A DNA stretch of 63,840 bases, the filler included, from Octopus bimaculoides (lineage: Eukaryota): assembly GCF_001194135.2 (NCBI RefSeq). It is 6 parts of 6 records of this genome, joined end to end, with 100 filler letters (N's around TTAATTAATTAA, not from the genome) between each part and the next. Parts side by side here need not be neighbours in the genome. Positions count along the whole stretch, not along the records: positions 1 to 15,009 come from NC_068989.1; 5 more parts are not named here. One strand, given 5' to 3'. The notes beneath the pieces are model-generated. The model was given only the letters and a program-made list of their open reading frames with translations, did not search any database and was not told where the DNA came from. A program made the translations under genes and the position numbers. Positions 1 to 12,181 of this stretch are shown in pieces. How positions within the stretch are numbered: position 1 is the stretch's first letter; every line of letters starts with the position of its first letter.

Positions 1-36
<36 letters not shown>

Positions 37-59
37 TCGCCATGCTGCGCCGCTGAAAT

Positions 60-245
60 CTGCAAGTCATTTTAATTTTCTCTTTCTCTCTGTATATTTT
101 CTCTCATTCCTTTAAATTGAAGAGCGTAGGCTGGAAACATAAAAGAATTTTTCCCTTTTTCCGAGGGTCAAAGTAAACACTTGCTTGTTGTTCATACGTC
201 TGTCTTTGTCTTCTGTTCTTCTACACACTTCAACTTCATATGCAT
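60..245 (+). mobile_element. Short dispersed repeat with degenerate hammerhead-like motif (family copy 1; other copies 31560-31710 and 51645-51890)
   Basis: TTGAAGAGCGTAGGCTGGAAACATAAAAGA at about 117-146 plus a downstream TGTTGTT..CTGTCTT block shared with the other two copies; bounded by TA repeats. Confidence 0.6.
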
Positions 246-1199
246 ATATATGCACATGCATACATACAAGACAGAGATATGTAGGAAGATAAAATATTAC
301 ATATATATATATATATACACACACGCATCCACACACACATAGATACATACACACATACATACATATATACATACATACACACCGTACGTTTATTCATATT
401 CATATACAGTATAATGTGAATGCATTTCTCGTGTGCGTGGCGACCTAGAACAAATCTTAGTTCGTTGTGCTTTCTGGTCTCGTTATCAGCTTCACCAGTA
501 GCATCTTTTGATTGATCTTCAACTACTTATTCAGAATATCAGCAAATAACTCTCTATCATTTAAATTTATGATTGTAATCAATTATTTGTGTTTTAACTC
601 ATGCGTATGGATTTCATATTTCTTTATTTTTATGTATCCGTGAACAAGATACATTAAACACATGCCTGAATTTGGTCGTCGTATTTTTCTGATGTCATTG
701 TTCTTAGCTGTTGTATTTGTCTCACCTCGGACCAGCTCTAAGGGATCAAATCTGTAATCAAGGGTCTTTCAAGCTGTTACCATTTCATGTTATTATCAAT
801 GACACCGTATCTATGACTACATTATCACATGTTGTCATCATTCCATTTTAATATCAGTAGATTACCGTGATTTGTAGCAGATATGTCTACTGTATCGATG
901 TGTTGATGGCCTGCGTAGAGATTTCCCTAGTAGCACAAATACTTTATAAATTCATTACAATGTGTTTGTCCGTGTGCGTCTGTGAGCGCCCACAGAATTA
1001 TACACTGGTTTTAATTGTAACTAGACCAGCCATGGTCTGTTGAGTCACTGACGGTTCAGGTTATAAAACATTGAAGCTGAGTTTAACATTGCATTGAAAT
1101 GAAGGAAATTATTCATACTTGTCTTAGTTTATCCTTTTCCTTTCACGTTTTGACTTCGGAAGGAATATTTTTTTTCATTTTGACGCTGTTACGGTTTGT

Positions 1200-3391
1200 T
1201 CACAACAATGCTTTTGATGGCAACATTCTTAGTTGACTGGGTACCTCCGAAAAACTCTGATGTTTTTCCTTTTGTTTTCCGTGGGTAAGGAAAACCGCGT
1301 TGAAATAAAAATCATTATAGATAAATCAAGACGTTGTCCATAGTGTATCCTTGTGCTTCATGAATTTTCATGGCGAAGCATGATTAAACTGGGAATTGGC
1401 TTCGCTGCAAAGGGATATCTTCACTTTCGGACAGATTAATTATTATTATTGCTATCATAACGATTTCATTTCTGAAAGCGGTAGTGTTGATTCTCGCTAT
1501 TATGAGATTGTCGTGCAGTTTTTCCACGATCGTACGCGTTCCATTACAAAGCCTTGGAGGATTCAAATTTCACATTAGAATTATCGGCAATCCTTTTTTC
1601 AATTTGATGTTCAGCCGAATCAAGGAATTCAGTCGGGAAATGAGTGGCATTGGCACCATCGCTCACAGAATTATAGGATGGGTACTCTTTTATGATTCCA
1701 GGGAAGATGTCTAATACAAACCTCGCTTTTGATATTCTACGGTGATCACATAAGCGGTGCACTTGCCAAATAAGCCATCTACTCAAATAAGATACCTCAT
1801 GAACAGTTTCCGTTTCAGATCAAATACTTTGGCAATTAAATCGGATCTGTCATGCGGCTTCTGATTCAAGAATAGGTTTTGCCGGCTTTCAGGCCAGTTT
1901 GGATTGCGTGTCATTGTGATGAAGAACGAAGCATTGCCGTATTTCCGTATATATATTATGGCATCCTCGCAGCGCTCCTTCATATACCTCGGTCCATCGA
2001 AAAATTTACAAGCGTGTATGAGTCACCTGCCGATGTTGCAAAAATCATCATTCAACGTGTCAGTAAGTCTCTTTTGTGTCATAGACCACAATGACGTTTT
2101 ATTGAATAGAATGTAACGCATCTTATGCCTTTCAATATTTGTAGCTATGTCAACCAAATATAACTGAAATAAATGACCGCCTCTGAGAAGTTAGCTGAAT
2201 TCATTCTCATGATTTATAATTCGATAGCCATAGTAGCGCATTGGCATCAACTTGTTGATTAACAGCTGACGATGCCATCCGTCATTACCAAATGGAAGAA
2301 AATAGAACACACTGAAAACTGTCGTAAGACTTTTGGGATTCTGAGATTATTCGCAGTTGTCCGCCTTTTTCTTTCAACACAATGTGCCCTGCTCATGCTT
2401 GAATTCCGGTGCTATTTTGTTTAATAACAACTTTGTTTGTTTGCAGTTTGTGCATTGAATCTTCTTCTCATGTTTTATTGCTGGTCTCCGATCGGGATCA
2501 ATAATAATCGAAGCTTCGGGAATATTTGTAATTTGTTCTTTTGCCATTCTAAATGACGTAATGTAAGGGTTGTATTGTCTGAGTATAATTTCTAATAATT
2601 CAACTATGTCCTACTGTATGTCATGTCTACGGAGTATCTCCATCCTCAAATCGACTCTATCCTGAGTATACAAGAAGTCAATTTGGAGAAATTCGGGTTA
2701 TTCATTGTGATTAGGAGTTACGGACTCCATGTAATGATGAATATTACCCTTAATAACAATGGAAGGATTCCTTCCACTGTTTGAAGACCTAACTTCTTGG
2801 GCCCCAAATGATGTTATTTGGAACAGGCAGTTGTATTGTCTGAGGTTCGTCCTGAACTCATTTGCCATAGGTTGATAAGTACTAAATAAATTGTGAAGTT
2901 CCTGGGGTAAAGGCTGCAGATTCCCCTGCCTGAGGTTTCTACTCATACAGTAAAAGTTTCACCATGGAAACGCATTGCATTAAAATAGTCACTGATCTTA
3001 TTCATCTGTCCAACATCAGCAGATAGGTCACGTAGTTGACCTGTCCCTGTTGTATTCGTAGTGGTTTGTCGGGAAAGGCGTTCAGGTCTCTGAACGTCCG
3101 AATCAGGATATCTCCTCCTTCTGTATCTTTCTCTCTATGTCGCCTGACGCTCAGTTCTCCGAGCATCTGACTCATGCTTTCTTCTGCTCCCCTCTCTTTC
3201 CCTCTGTTCCGCCAGGCGCTCAGCTCTCCAAACGTCCGATTCATGCTATCTCCTGCTTCTTTCTTTTCCCTCTGTTCTGTCAGACGCTCAGCTCTCCGAG
3301 CGTCCCATTCATTGTGTTTCCTGCTTAACAGGGTTCTCTTCCCACTATCAATAGACCAACCAGATGTTTCCTTTCTTCCTCGTCGAGGCAT
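1200..3391 (-). pseudogene. Helitron RepHel pseudogene (stops and frameshifts)
   Basis: N-terminal MPRRGRK and charged repeats; FRTNLRQYNCLFQITSFG; GPRYMKERCEDAIIYIRKYGNASFFITMTRNPNWPE; DRSDLIAKVF; EYQKRGL (Rep); then Pif1-type C-terminus FPTEFLDS, NPPRLCNGTR, QRSQFPV, CFAMKIHEAQGYT. Confidence 0.92.
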
Positions 3392-3568
3392 GATGTAAGA
3401 ATAGGATACCTAAATAAATATTCCTTTTTAAATGAGCTTAACTTACGGAATGAAAAGAGAATTATTTAAAGGGTTAATAACTTCAAACAAATAATAGCGC
3501 TTGCAGAAAGAAACGTATCGTGTTCACGTCAGAATAAAAGAAATATAATTAAAAGAAATCAGAACGCT

Positions 3569-3599
<31 letters not shown>

Positions 3600-3604
3600 A
3601 GAAT

Positions 3605-3935
3605 ACAATCTGAACCCCTTCTTTTGTAGCTGAACTGACGAAATGAAACTAATATGAGTGAAAGAAGCACGCTTGTAGAAAGAAAGTGCTTTTGAAAGAA
3701 AACGAAAAAAAAAAAAAAGGTTTTGAAGAAATGAAAATCTGGACTTTTCTTTTTTTAGCTTGACTGACGAAATGAAAGTAATGACTTAAAACAAATAAGA
3801 ACGCTTGTAGAAAGAAAGTGTTTTTGAAAGAAAACGAAAAGAAGAATTTTGAAGAAATGAAAATCTGAACTGGTTTTTTTTTTTTTAGCTTAACTGATGA
3901 AATGAAAGTAATGAGTTAAAACAATAAGAACGCTT
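3605..3935. repeat. ~125-130 bp tandem repeat (about 3 copies) in the Helitron 5' region
   Basis: Recurrent AGCT(T/G)AACTGACGAAATGAAA...AACGCTTGTAGAAAGAAAGTG..TTTTGAAAGAAAACGAAAA; more degenerate units at 3430-3568; (GATA)n at 3569-3597. Confidence 0.85.
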
Positions 3936-6900
3936 AACCCCTAAAAGCGAAAGAACTAATGTTGTCAGAAAAGAAAATCTTCTCTTGATATCAGAAACTT
4001 GCTGTACGTCGCAAAGACATGTGTAATTTTAGTGTTACCGCCATCTGTTGTGGTTTTACGAAGAGAGAAATAAAAAGGCAATATATCTCTGCCAGTTGTC
4101 TGCTCGGAATATTTTAAGAACTTTCGCCCAGAAATAACGCGTATCACGGGAACGCGTGGTCCGATTTCAGGGACACTTTACTTTCAAAGTATTTTCCCAT
4201 TATGCGACGGCTGAAGTTCCTTTTTAATAGTATATAAATAAAAGACTGTCAGTTTTTAATTGTTATGTAACTGATACATTGTTATAGATATACTACCGCT
4301 GAATCTTTCAATCCTACTCGTTTTTGTGTATTTTTGATAATTCTACACTTCAGATAATTATGTATAACTACCTTCTGATTGGTTATATTTCAGGTATATT
4401 TGTTATTGAATCATCATTGATATAGCACCTATTTATATAGCATTCATATTTAATCTCAGTCACTTTCAATATTAACAAAAGTTATGCAGCACTTCACAGG
4501 CAATAGAGTTTTATCGCTTTAAACTAATAATGTAGCATGTTATTCGAGTGACGTATTATGTATAAATTTAAAGTAAATAATAATTTATTCTTCAAAACGC
4601 ACATTATTTTACAATGTTTTACTCACATGCCTTTTCGCGTGGTTAAATATACTTTGTGAAACTATATCGGGATAATAATATGATAAAATCCTTAAATGTC
4701 AATATTAAGCGTATGTTAGTTAAGCTATTTTTTTAAGATCGTTCCGTTAGTTTGGTTTATTGGAAATATGCATTTAATTTTAGATATAATTATTGCAAAT
4801 ATTTAAACATTGAATGGCAGGCTCAAAAGATATATTGCGATTTATCTGCTGCAAATTATATTTAAGAGATCTTTCTGGTTTTAACACATTATCCAAACCG
4901 TGTAGTTGAATAATTTCAAAGTTTTTGATAAGGAAGTTTTAGCTGATGGCTTTGCTACATTCAGTAAGAAAAATATTATTCGTTAAGACATTCAATCGAT
5001 GTCACAACTTCGATACGTAACAACCTGTTAATCTCGTATCCTGCGCTTCTCTATTACCCGTTTACACATGGGTTTTATTGAGATGTTAAAGTGAATATGA
5101 AAATACATGCCAAACCCAGAACTTGGTACAGGTTCAAAATATCTCATTACAAATAGAATTAGAAACCAATGACAAAATTTAATTTTGTTCCTTTAAATCT
5201 ACATCTATTTCCAAAAGAATTAAGGAATTTTATATATGGTGCAGTTGGGAAACTGGTTAGTAAAATTTAAAAAGACGAACGAATTGGAATTGTGTCAAAT
5301 GCTGATGCTTATCAATTCCCTTAAAAAAAAACGTGCTAATGAATGGAATTCTTTACATCCTGATGGGTGTATTATAATTAATTTGTAAACCATAGTTGCT
5401 GTCACTATAGATTTTGTAGAAGATCCATAGGAGTAACCAGAGAAGTTATGCGAAATTGACCAAATATATGAAAGCCACCGCATATGTACCTACATAGCTC
5501 TTAAATAATGAACACTCAAAAAATTTAGATATGAATTACAAACGTTTTAACATTTACATTTTCATCATAGTGTTCTGATCGTATATAAAACAAATACTAC
5601 TGAAAATATAAACGATTAGTCGAGAATGTTGCACCGCAATATGATATAATTTGGCTCCCATATTATATTTTGTCTCAGTCCTATGTTGCGAATCTATCCT
5701 CATCAAAGGAGGTTTCTAGAAATAGTGTATCGACTTCATTCTTTAAGTGGTAGTTTAATCTTCAAAGGATGTACATCAAATTTGACAATGACTGGCTTTA
5801 AATTCCTGACTTCTTTCATAGGTACGTTTCCAAGGGATGCTTTCTACATGAAGAACACAAAGTGAAGTACCACTAGTAAATTACGTTGCTAAATTCGCCA
5901 TGAAGTAGTTTTGATTCTAAGTAGGAATCCCTTAAGAGGCAATTATACTCGTAATATGAATCAGCATTTAAAAACTATAAAATTTACAGGCCTAACTTTT
6001 GCCAAGAAAGGCAACGGAGAGAAACCTGGAAGCCAAATTGATGAAACAATGATTAGAAACATGCAGTGAGGAATGAGTACCGTCTTGTGAATTACTGTTA
6101 TAGCTTCGCCCATGATTTGGTGATAAATACCGGTAAAACGGAAATATCAACGAAATTTTTTGTGCTATTTTTTTCTCCTCGATCTATGCACAGAGACTCT
6201 CGCTACTCTACTCATTGTGTGTGCTGGGTACTAGAGATCAACATGCTGGAACTCAGTAAACAACGGCGCCATTTATCACAATCTAAATTAATATATGGAG
6301 ATACGCAGTAAATACGGGGAATTCTACATATAGTAGTAATTAAGTTATGTATATTGTGTACATTATGAGATATGACAGTTGAGAGCAATATGGTAATAGA
6401 GAAAAAGCGCAGATATTTGAGACAAGTAAGAGAGAAATAAACAGAAACAATGAGACAGAGCGGGTAGAGATAGAGGAGAGGAGAGAGAAGAGGTGGAAAG
6501 AGAGGTGGGAGAGAGAGAGAGGAATGGAGAGAGAGGGAAATAGAAAGGAAGCAATCACTGAGAAAAACTGGAAGCAAAATTCATTCTCAGCTTGTAAAGC
6601 ATTATTATTAGAAAGTTGCTCTCCACCTAAAATTAAATTCTTCAAGTTGATAGATCAGCGTTTAAGAGTTTGAATGACGTTATCCAGACACATTCAATGT
6701 ATATTCTGATAACTCTTTGAATTATTTCGTCTGAGAGCATAAAACGCTCTTCTGGATTCAATAAGGAAATCATGGCTATTGTAAAATACTTGAAAGTGAA
6801 ATAATATTCAAAGTTTTAGATAGAATTTTGTGAGAGATAGAACGTTAAGGTTGTTTGAGAGATAATTATCGATATGAAATATGTCTTGACTAATATAATA

Positions 6901-7432
6901 TATAAGTCACAGAAACAAGAAATAGAGTCTCTTCAATTAATGTTTAATAAGCGTTGAGTATTTCAAATGGACCTGAAGCCAATTCAGTCGGTTCATATAA
7001 CTAATATTTTTTCATAAAAATATGAATGGGAATTTCTATTATTATGTATTCACTGTAAATTAAACACTTATTTGATTGATGTTTAACACTTCAGCAAATT
7101 CATTTTAACCGGAACTAACACTGATTTTTCACAACCACAGAGAAATAATGACAAAGTTACGCAACATGAGAGAAATTTGGCTGTAATTTCTAGTAGATCC
7201 ACCGACCACGTAGATGTTCCCTAGTAAACTTAAATGTTTGCTAACCTCGTTCAGAGATTTAACATTAGTTTGTATTATGTTATATTATTATGTGGTAAAA
7301 TATTCTTGTCTATATGAGAACGCGAGTAATATTCATTTCTGCATCTCCAATGAGTATGAATACGATATTAATGTGAGAAACTGAATCTACATGCAATAGA
7401 AAGTCGGTTTTTCCTCACAACATAAGTATTTC

Positions 7433-7580
7433 TACATTATTTACATTTGACGGATATTTGTCCTCAAGTTGTTTGCTGAAAACACGACGTTTCGGTTGAT
7501 ATACCTTCCAGCCTACATCAGGTGTCTTGCGAAATTTCGGACCTGGGTTCTCCTTCCTAAGGTATTTTCGATGTTGTTGC

Positions 7581-7639
<59 letters not shown>

Positions 7640-9954
7640 TCAAGCTCGCGACTTAAACACTACGCTATATGCCCGTGGATAATTATGGAGTAAATTTTAG
7701 GGCTTATAAGTCTAATATTTTTCTATCCTTCCTTAAAACAGGTTCCCATATGAAATTCATATCTACACTCGGTCTGATATGTGGTCTCCATTTTCTCATA
7801 CATGATCATCTATACCCGTTTTATCAATATCTCCTCGTGTTACAGCTTTGCGATATCCCTCTACGCTTATTTTGAGGAGGCGACATGTTTCGCCTTTGTA
7901 TAACCTACCACAGCTGCATGGTGTGGAGTACACGCAATCTTTAGTCATATTCTCTTCTATAGGTTGTTTTACTCGGAGGAGATATTTGCGAAGTGTTGTA
8001 TTACTCTTGAATAGTCCTGATGTCATATGGGCCGGATATCTTTTTGTATCTTTTCGGAGGAGCCTTTCGCATAGGGCCTGTAGACGGTTTATTGGTTACA
8101 TCTTCTCTTTTCTTCATAATTGGAGTAGATAGTATGTTTTTGGGTAGTTGTTGCTTAATAGATTGTTACTGAGCTTGATCATTTCTTCGTGGTGTGTATC
8201 ACGATCGCTACTTATATTCTTTGCTCGATGTTTTAGGCACTGAGCAATTCCTCTCTCTACACTGTATGGATGGTGAGAATTGAAGTTAAAGTATCGTCCA
8301 GTGAAGGTCGGCTTGCGGTATACAGATGTCCTGAATCCATACTTAGTGCGTGTTATTAATACGTCCAGGAATGCTAGCTGATTGTCTTTTTCCTTTTCCA
8401 TTGTAAACTGTATGGATAGCTTTATTGAGTTCACATGATCTAACATCACTTGGACATCTTCCTGGTGGGAACCAGAGAATAATGCTGTCATCAGCATAAC
8501 GTAGCCTTAGGGTTGGTTATAGTGATGCTGATCCTAAAGCCAAATTCTCAAAGTATTCCATGTATGTATTGGCTATTATCGGTGATAATGGTGAACTCAT
8601 AGCTAAAACGTCTTCTTCCCGATATATATCAGTGTTCATACTGAAATAGGTAGTTTCTTCACAGAAGGTCAACATTTCCATCAAGTTTCTTATTGGTATA
8701 CTAGTGCGTTCTTTTAGATGGACGTCTGTCACTAGTTATTTCTTGAATCACCGATAGTGCTTCACCAGTTGGGACTTTGGTGAATAGACTTATCACATCT
8801 AGATTAACCATCTTGTTGGATTCAATGGGTGTATCCTTGATCAATTCTGTGCAGTGGGTGGAATTCTTCACGTATGATGTTGACTTTCCTGCTAATGGAC
8901 TGATTATATCCACAAGGAAGTGGCTCAGTGGATGACATGCTGAACCTCGACTGCTCACTATTGGTCTTAATGGAATACCATCCCTGTGAATCTTAGGGAG
9001 ACCGTACATGTGTGGTAGTTTACTGCAGTGTGGAGTCTGTTGTCTGTACTTCATTGGTGTAAAGTGATCCCTGTTCTTGATCAAGATCTGTGACAACTTC
9101 CTCTCTGTTTTCAGAGTTGGGTCTTTCTTTACTCTACTGTAGCTACCATCACTTATAAGACTTGCCAATTTTTCCAAGTAGTCAGACTTGTTCATCACCA
9201 CTGTAGCATTTCCCTTGTCCGCCGGAAGTATTATGATAGAAATGTCACTCTGTAGTCTTTTGATAGCGAATTTTTCTTCCTTAGTGGTGTTTGGTTTCGG
9301 AAGTTAAGCTTTTTCCAGTACCTGTCTCACTTTCCATATTTTCGTATCTTTACGGCCATCTTTTCAATAGGGATTATTATGTCCAAGTATGAAATGCACT
9401 TGATGGTTGTCGCAAAGTTGAGACCTTTGTTTAGTACTGCTTCTTCAGAACTTTCTAGATGTTGTGTACTTACATTGATTACTGCTTTCACAGGTGGGTG
9501 ACGAACTTCAGTCTTCATTCTCTGACTTTTGAGTTTCATAAACGACTTAATCTGGTGTGCCTTCACCATTTCAAATTCTTTCATGTACGAATTTTCTAGA
9601 TCTTGGTGGATTTTCTTTCTATCATCATCTCTGTTTATTTTCCAAGTAATGAGGATAATCTCTCTTTGATTTCGTTATTTAATTGATGTTTTTCCCAACG
9701 GTTGTAATAGATTCTCTCACGGATGAGGGCATGAACTGCCCTTTCCGCTACTCTTCTAGCTTTATATGAATCCACTGGTGTCATTATATTCACACCAGGT
9801 GGTATATCTTTGAGTCTCTACATCTACACAGGAAAGACGAGCTAGTTTTCGATGGAGTTTCTCTACATGTTTCAATTGAAGTCTAATGTCGGCTTCGTAC
9901 CAATTAGATAATGCAGTTCTATATTTAAGAGATGAGGAATTATGTACATTATTT
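7433..9954 (-). mobile_element. Penelope-like retroelement (RT + C-terminal GIY-YIG), near full-length, decayed
   Basis: DKGNATVVMNKSDY, LYGLPKIH-like MYGLPKIHRDGIPLRPIVS, LDVISLFTKVP, SSPLSPIIANTYMEYFE, RYADD, FTMEKEKDNQLAFLDV, VYRKPT, VYSTPCSCGRLYKGETCR. Confidence 0.95.
7479..7528 (-). ncRNA. Minimal type I hammerhead ribozyme motif in the Penelope pLTR (core A9 mutated)
   Basis: Minus strand AAGACAC-CTGATGT-AGGCTGG..TCAACC-GAAAC-GTC-GTGTTTT; stem I AAGACAC/GTGTTTT pairs. Matches the minimal HHR architecture known from Penelope-like elements. Confidence 0.75.
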
Positions 9955-9964
9955 ATATCATTTA

Positions 9965-11521
9965 CATTAGCAGGAAAGTCAACATCATACGTGAAGAACT
10001 CCACCTACCTCACAGAATTGATCAAGGATACACCCATTGAATCCGACAAGATGGTGAGTCTAGATGTGATAAGTCTGTTCCCCAAAGTCCAAACTGGTGA
10101 AGCAATATCGGTGATTCAAGAAAAACTAATGACAGACACTCATCTAAAAGAACGCACTAGTATACCAATAAGAAACTTGATGGAAATGTTGACCTTCTGT
10201 GAAGAAGCTACCTACTTCAGTATGGACGCTGATATATAACGGGAAGAAGACGGTTTAGCTATGGGTTCACCATTATCACCGATAATAGCCAATATGTACA
10301 TGTAATACTTTGAGAATTTGGCTTTAGGATCAAAACCACTAAAAACAACCCTAAGGCTACGATATGTTGATGGCACCTTTATTCTCTGGCTCCCACCAGG
10401 AAGATGCCCAAGTGCTATTAGATCATGTGAACCCAATAAAGCTATCCATACAGTTCACAATGGAAAAGGAAAAAGACAATCAGCTAGCATTCCTGGACTA
10501 TGGATTCGGGACATCCGTATGCCACAAGCCGACCTTCACTGGACGATACCCTAACTTCAATTCCCACTATCCATACAGTGTTAAGAGAGGAATTGCTCAG
10601 TGCCTAAAACATCGAGCAAAGAATATAAGTAGCGATCGTGATAACCACTACAAAGAGATGTTTAAGCTAAGTAACAATCTATTAAGCAACAACTACCCCA
10701 AAAACGTACTATCTACTCCAATTATAAAGAAAAGAGAGGATGCAACCAATAACCTATCTACAGTCTGTCTATCCTATGTGAAAGGCCTCTCAGAAAAGAT
10801 ACAAAAGATATGCGGCCCATATGACATCAGGACTATTCAAGAGTAATACAACACTTCGCAAATATCTCCTCCGAGTAAAACCACCAATGGAAGAGAATAT
10901 GACCAAAGCTGCGTGTACAACATCTCATGCAGCTGTGGTAAGTTATACAAAAGCGAAACATGTCGCCCCCTCAAAATAAGGGTAGAGGGACATCGCAAAG
11001 CTGTAACACGAGGAGATATTGATAAATCGGGTATAGCTGATCATTTATGGAAAAATGGCAACCACCTACCCCTGTGTGATGAAGTTAAAATAATAGACAA
11101 AGAACACCACTGGAAAATACTAAAACTAAAAGAAACAGCACATATGCTAGGACACAACAACCTCCTAAGCAGACCAAGTGCATATATGAATATCATAAAT
11201 GGAACCGGTATTATGGAAGGATAGGAAAATATTAGATTTATATGCCCTAAAATTCACTCCCTAATTACCCACGGGCATATAGCGTAGTGGTTACGAACGC
11301 GTGCTACTAACCCAAGATTCCGAGTTCGATTCCAGGCAGTGATCTGAATAGTAATAATAATAGTAATAATAATGATAATTATAATAATAGTAATGATGAT
11401 GATGATAATGATAATGATAATAATAAAGGTATATTAGCCGAAACGCTGTGTTAACAAGATAAGGACAAATATCCGTCAAACGTAAATTATGTACATCATT
11501 CCTCATCTCTTAAATATAGAA
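9965..11521 (+). mobile_element. 5'-truncated Penelope-like copy, inverted relative to the first
   Basis: Roughly 88-90% identical by eye to the reverse complement of 7433-8897; GSPLSPIIAN, RYVD, YNISCSCGKLYKSETCRPLKIRVEGHRK; ends in a pLTR-like region and a 38-nt tail. Confidence 0.95.
11273..11340 (+). promoter_or_regulatory. tRNA-like Pol III internal promoter (A and B boxes) inside the Penelope 3' region
   Basis: A box TAGCGTAGTGG (11280-11290) and B box GTTCGATTC (11324-11332). The A-box part is also present in the other copy (about 7655-7675, minus). Confidence 0.7.
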
Positions 11522-12106
11522 ATATAACTATTTCTAATTAGATTATTTGTTCCTAGTGCATTAAACATGTTAACACTAACTTAATTATTCGTTTTTATTC
11601 GCATGGCGTCTTTGTAAATTAACTTCATAAACCAGTGATTTATGTTCAAAAATATCTCAAGTATTCATATTGATTCATATACAATATTTTACAACATTTT
11701 ACTCATTCTCTCTTCACTACACCGACAAGAAGTCTAACAAACCCGAGAATGTACGAAGTTGTCTCTGCACTTGCCTTAATAGGCAACATATACTTATTAA
11801 CCCACTTGATGTCTTTTCATTATCACATAAGTATTTCACATTAGTTGTTTGCTTCTCATTATATTAAATTAGTTTACACGAAATGAACTCCAAATGTATA
11901 TAACTTAAGAGAGTAAGGTTGATTTAGATTTTGTAAAAGAGGATAAAATTCCATTAATTTTGAAGCACAATCAAACAGTTTCTATGTTCTCGATATCTGT
12001 TTAATGATTATATCACTAAAATATATATATATATGAATATATGTGTATGTATATGTATAGACCTATGTATGTATGTGTATGTGTGTGTGTCTATGCGTGG
12101 ATGTAC

Positions 12107-12108
<2 letters not shown>

Positions 12109-12163
<55 letters not shown>

Positions 12164-12181
12164 TGATGATGATGATAATAA
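12109..12181. repeat. (AAT)n/(GAT)n microsatellite at the 5' junction of the Dong element
   Basis: Direct reading. Confidence 0.98.

Larger units (their letters stand above)
1021..4245 (-). mobile_element. Helitron, internally deleted, non-autonomous
   Basis: Minus-strand Rep/helicase remnants. Candidate 3' end is CTAG|T at 1021 with hairpin AGACCA-4nt-TGGTCT (1023-1038). Candidate 5' end is TCTTTTATTTATATACTATTAAAAA at about 4245. Termini are approximate. Confidence 0.85.

Noticed and set aside
11273-11340. Functional tRNA gene
   Set aside because: The acceptor and anticodon stems do not pair convincingly and there is no poly-T terminator; treated as a tRNA-derived promoter cassette.
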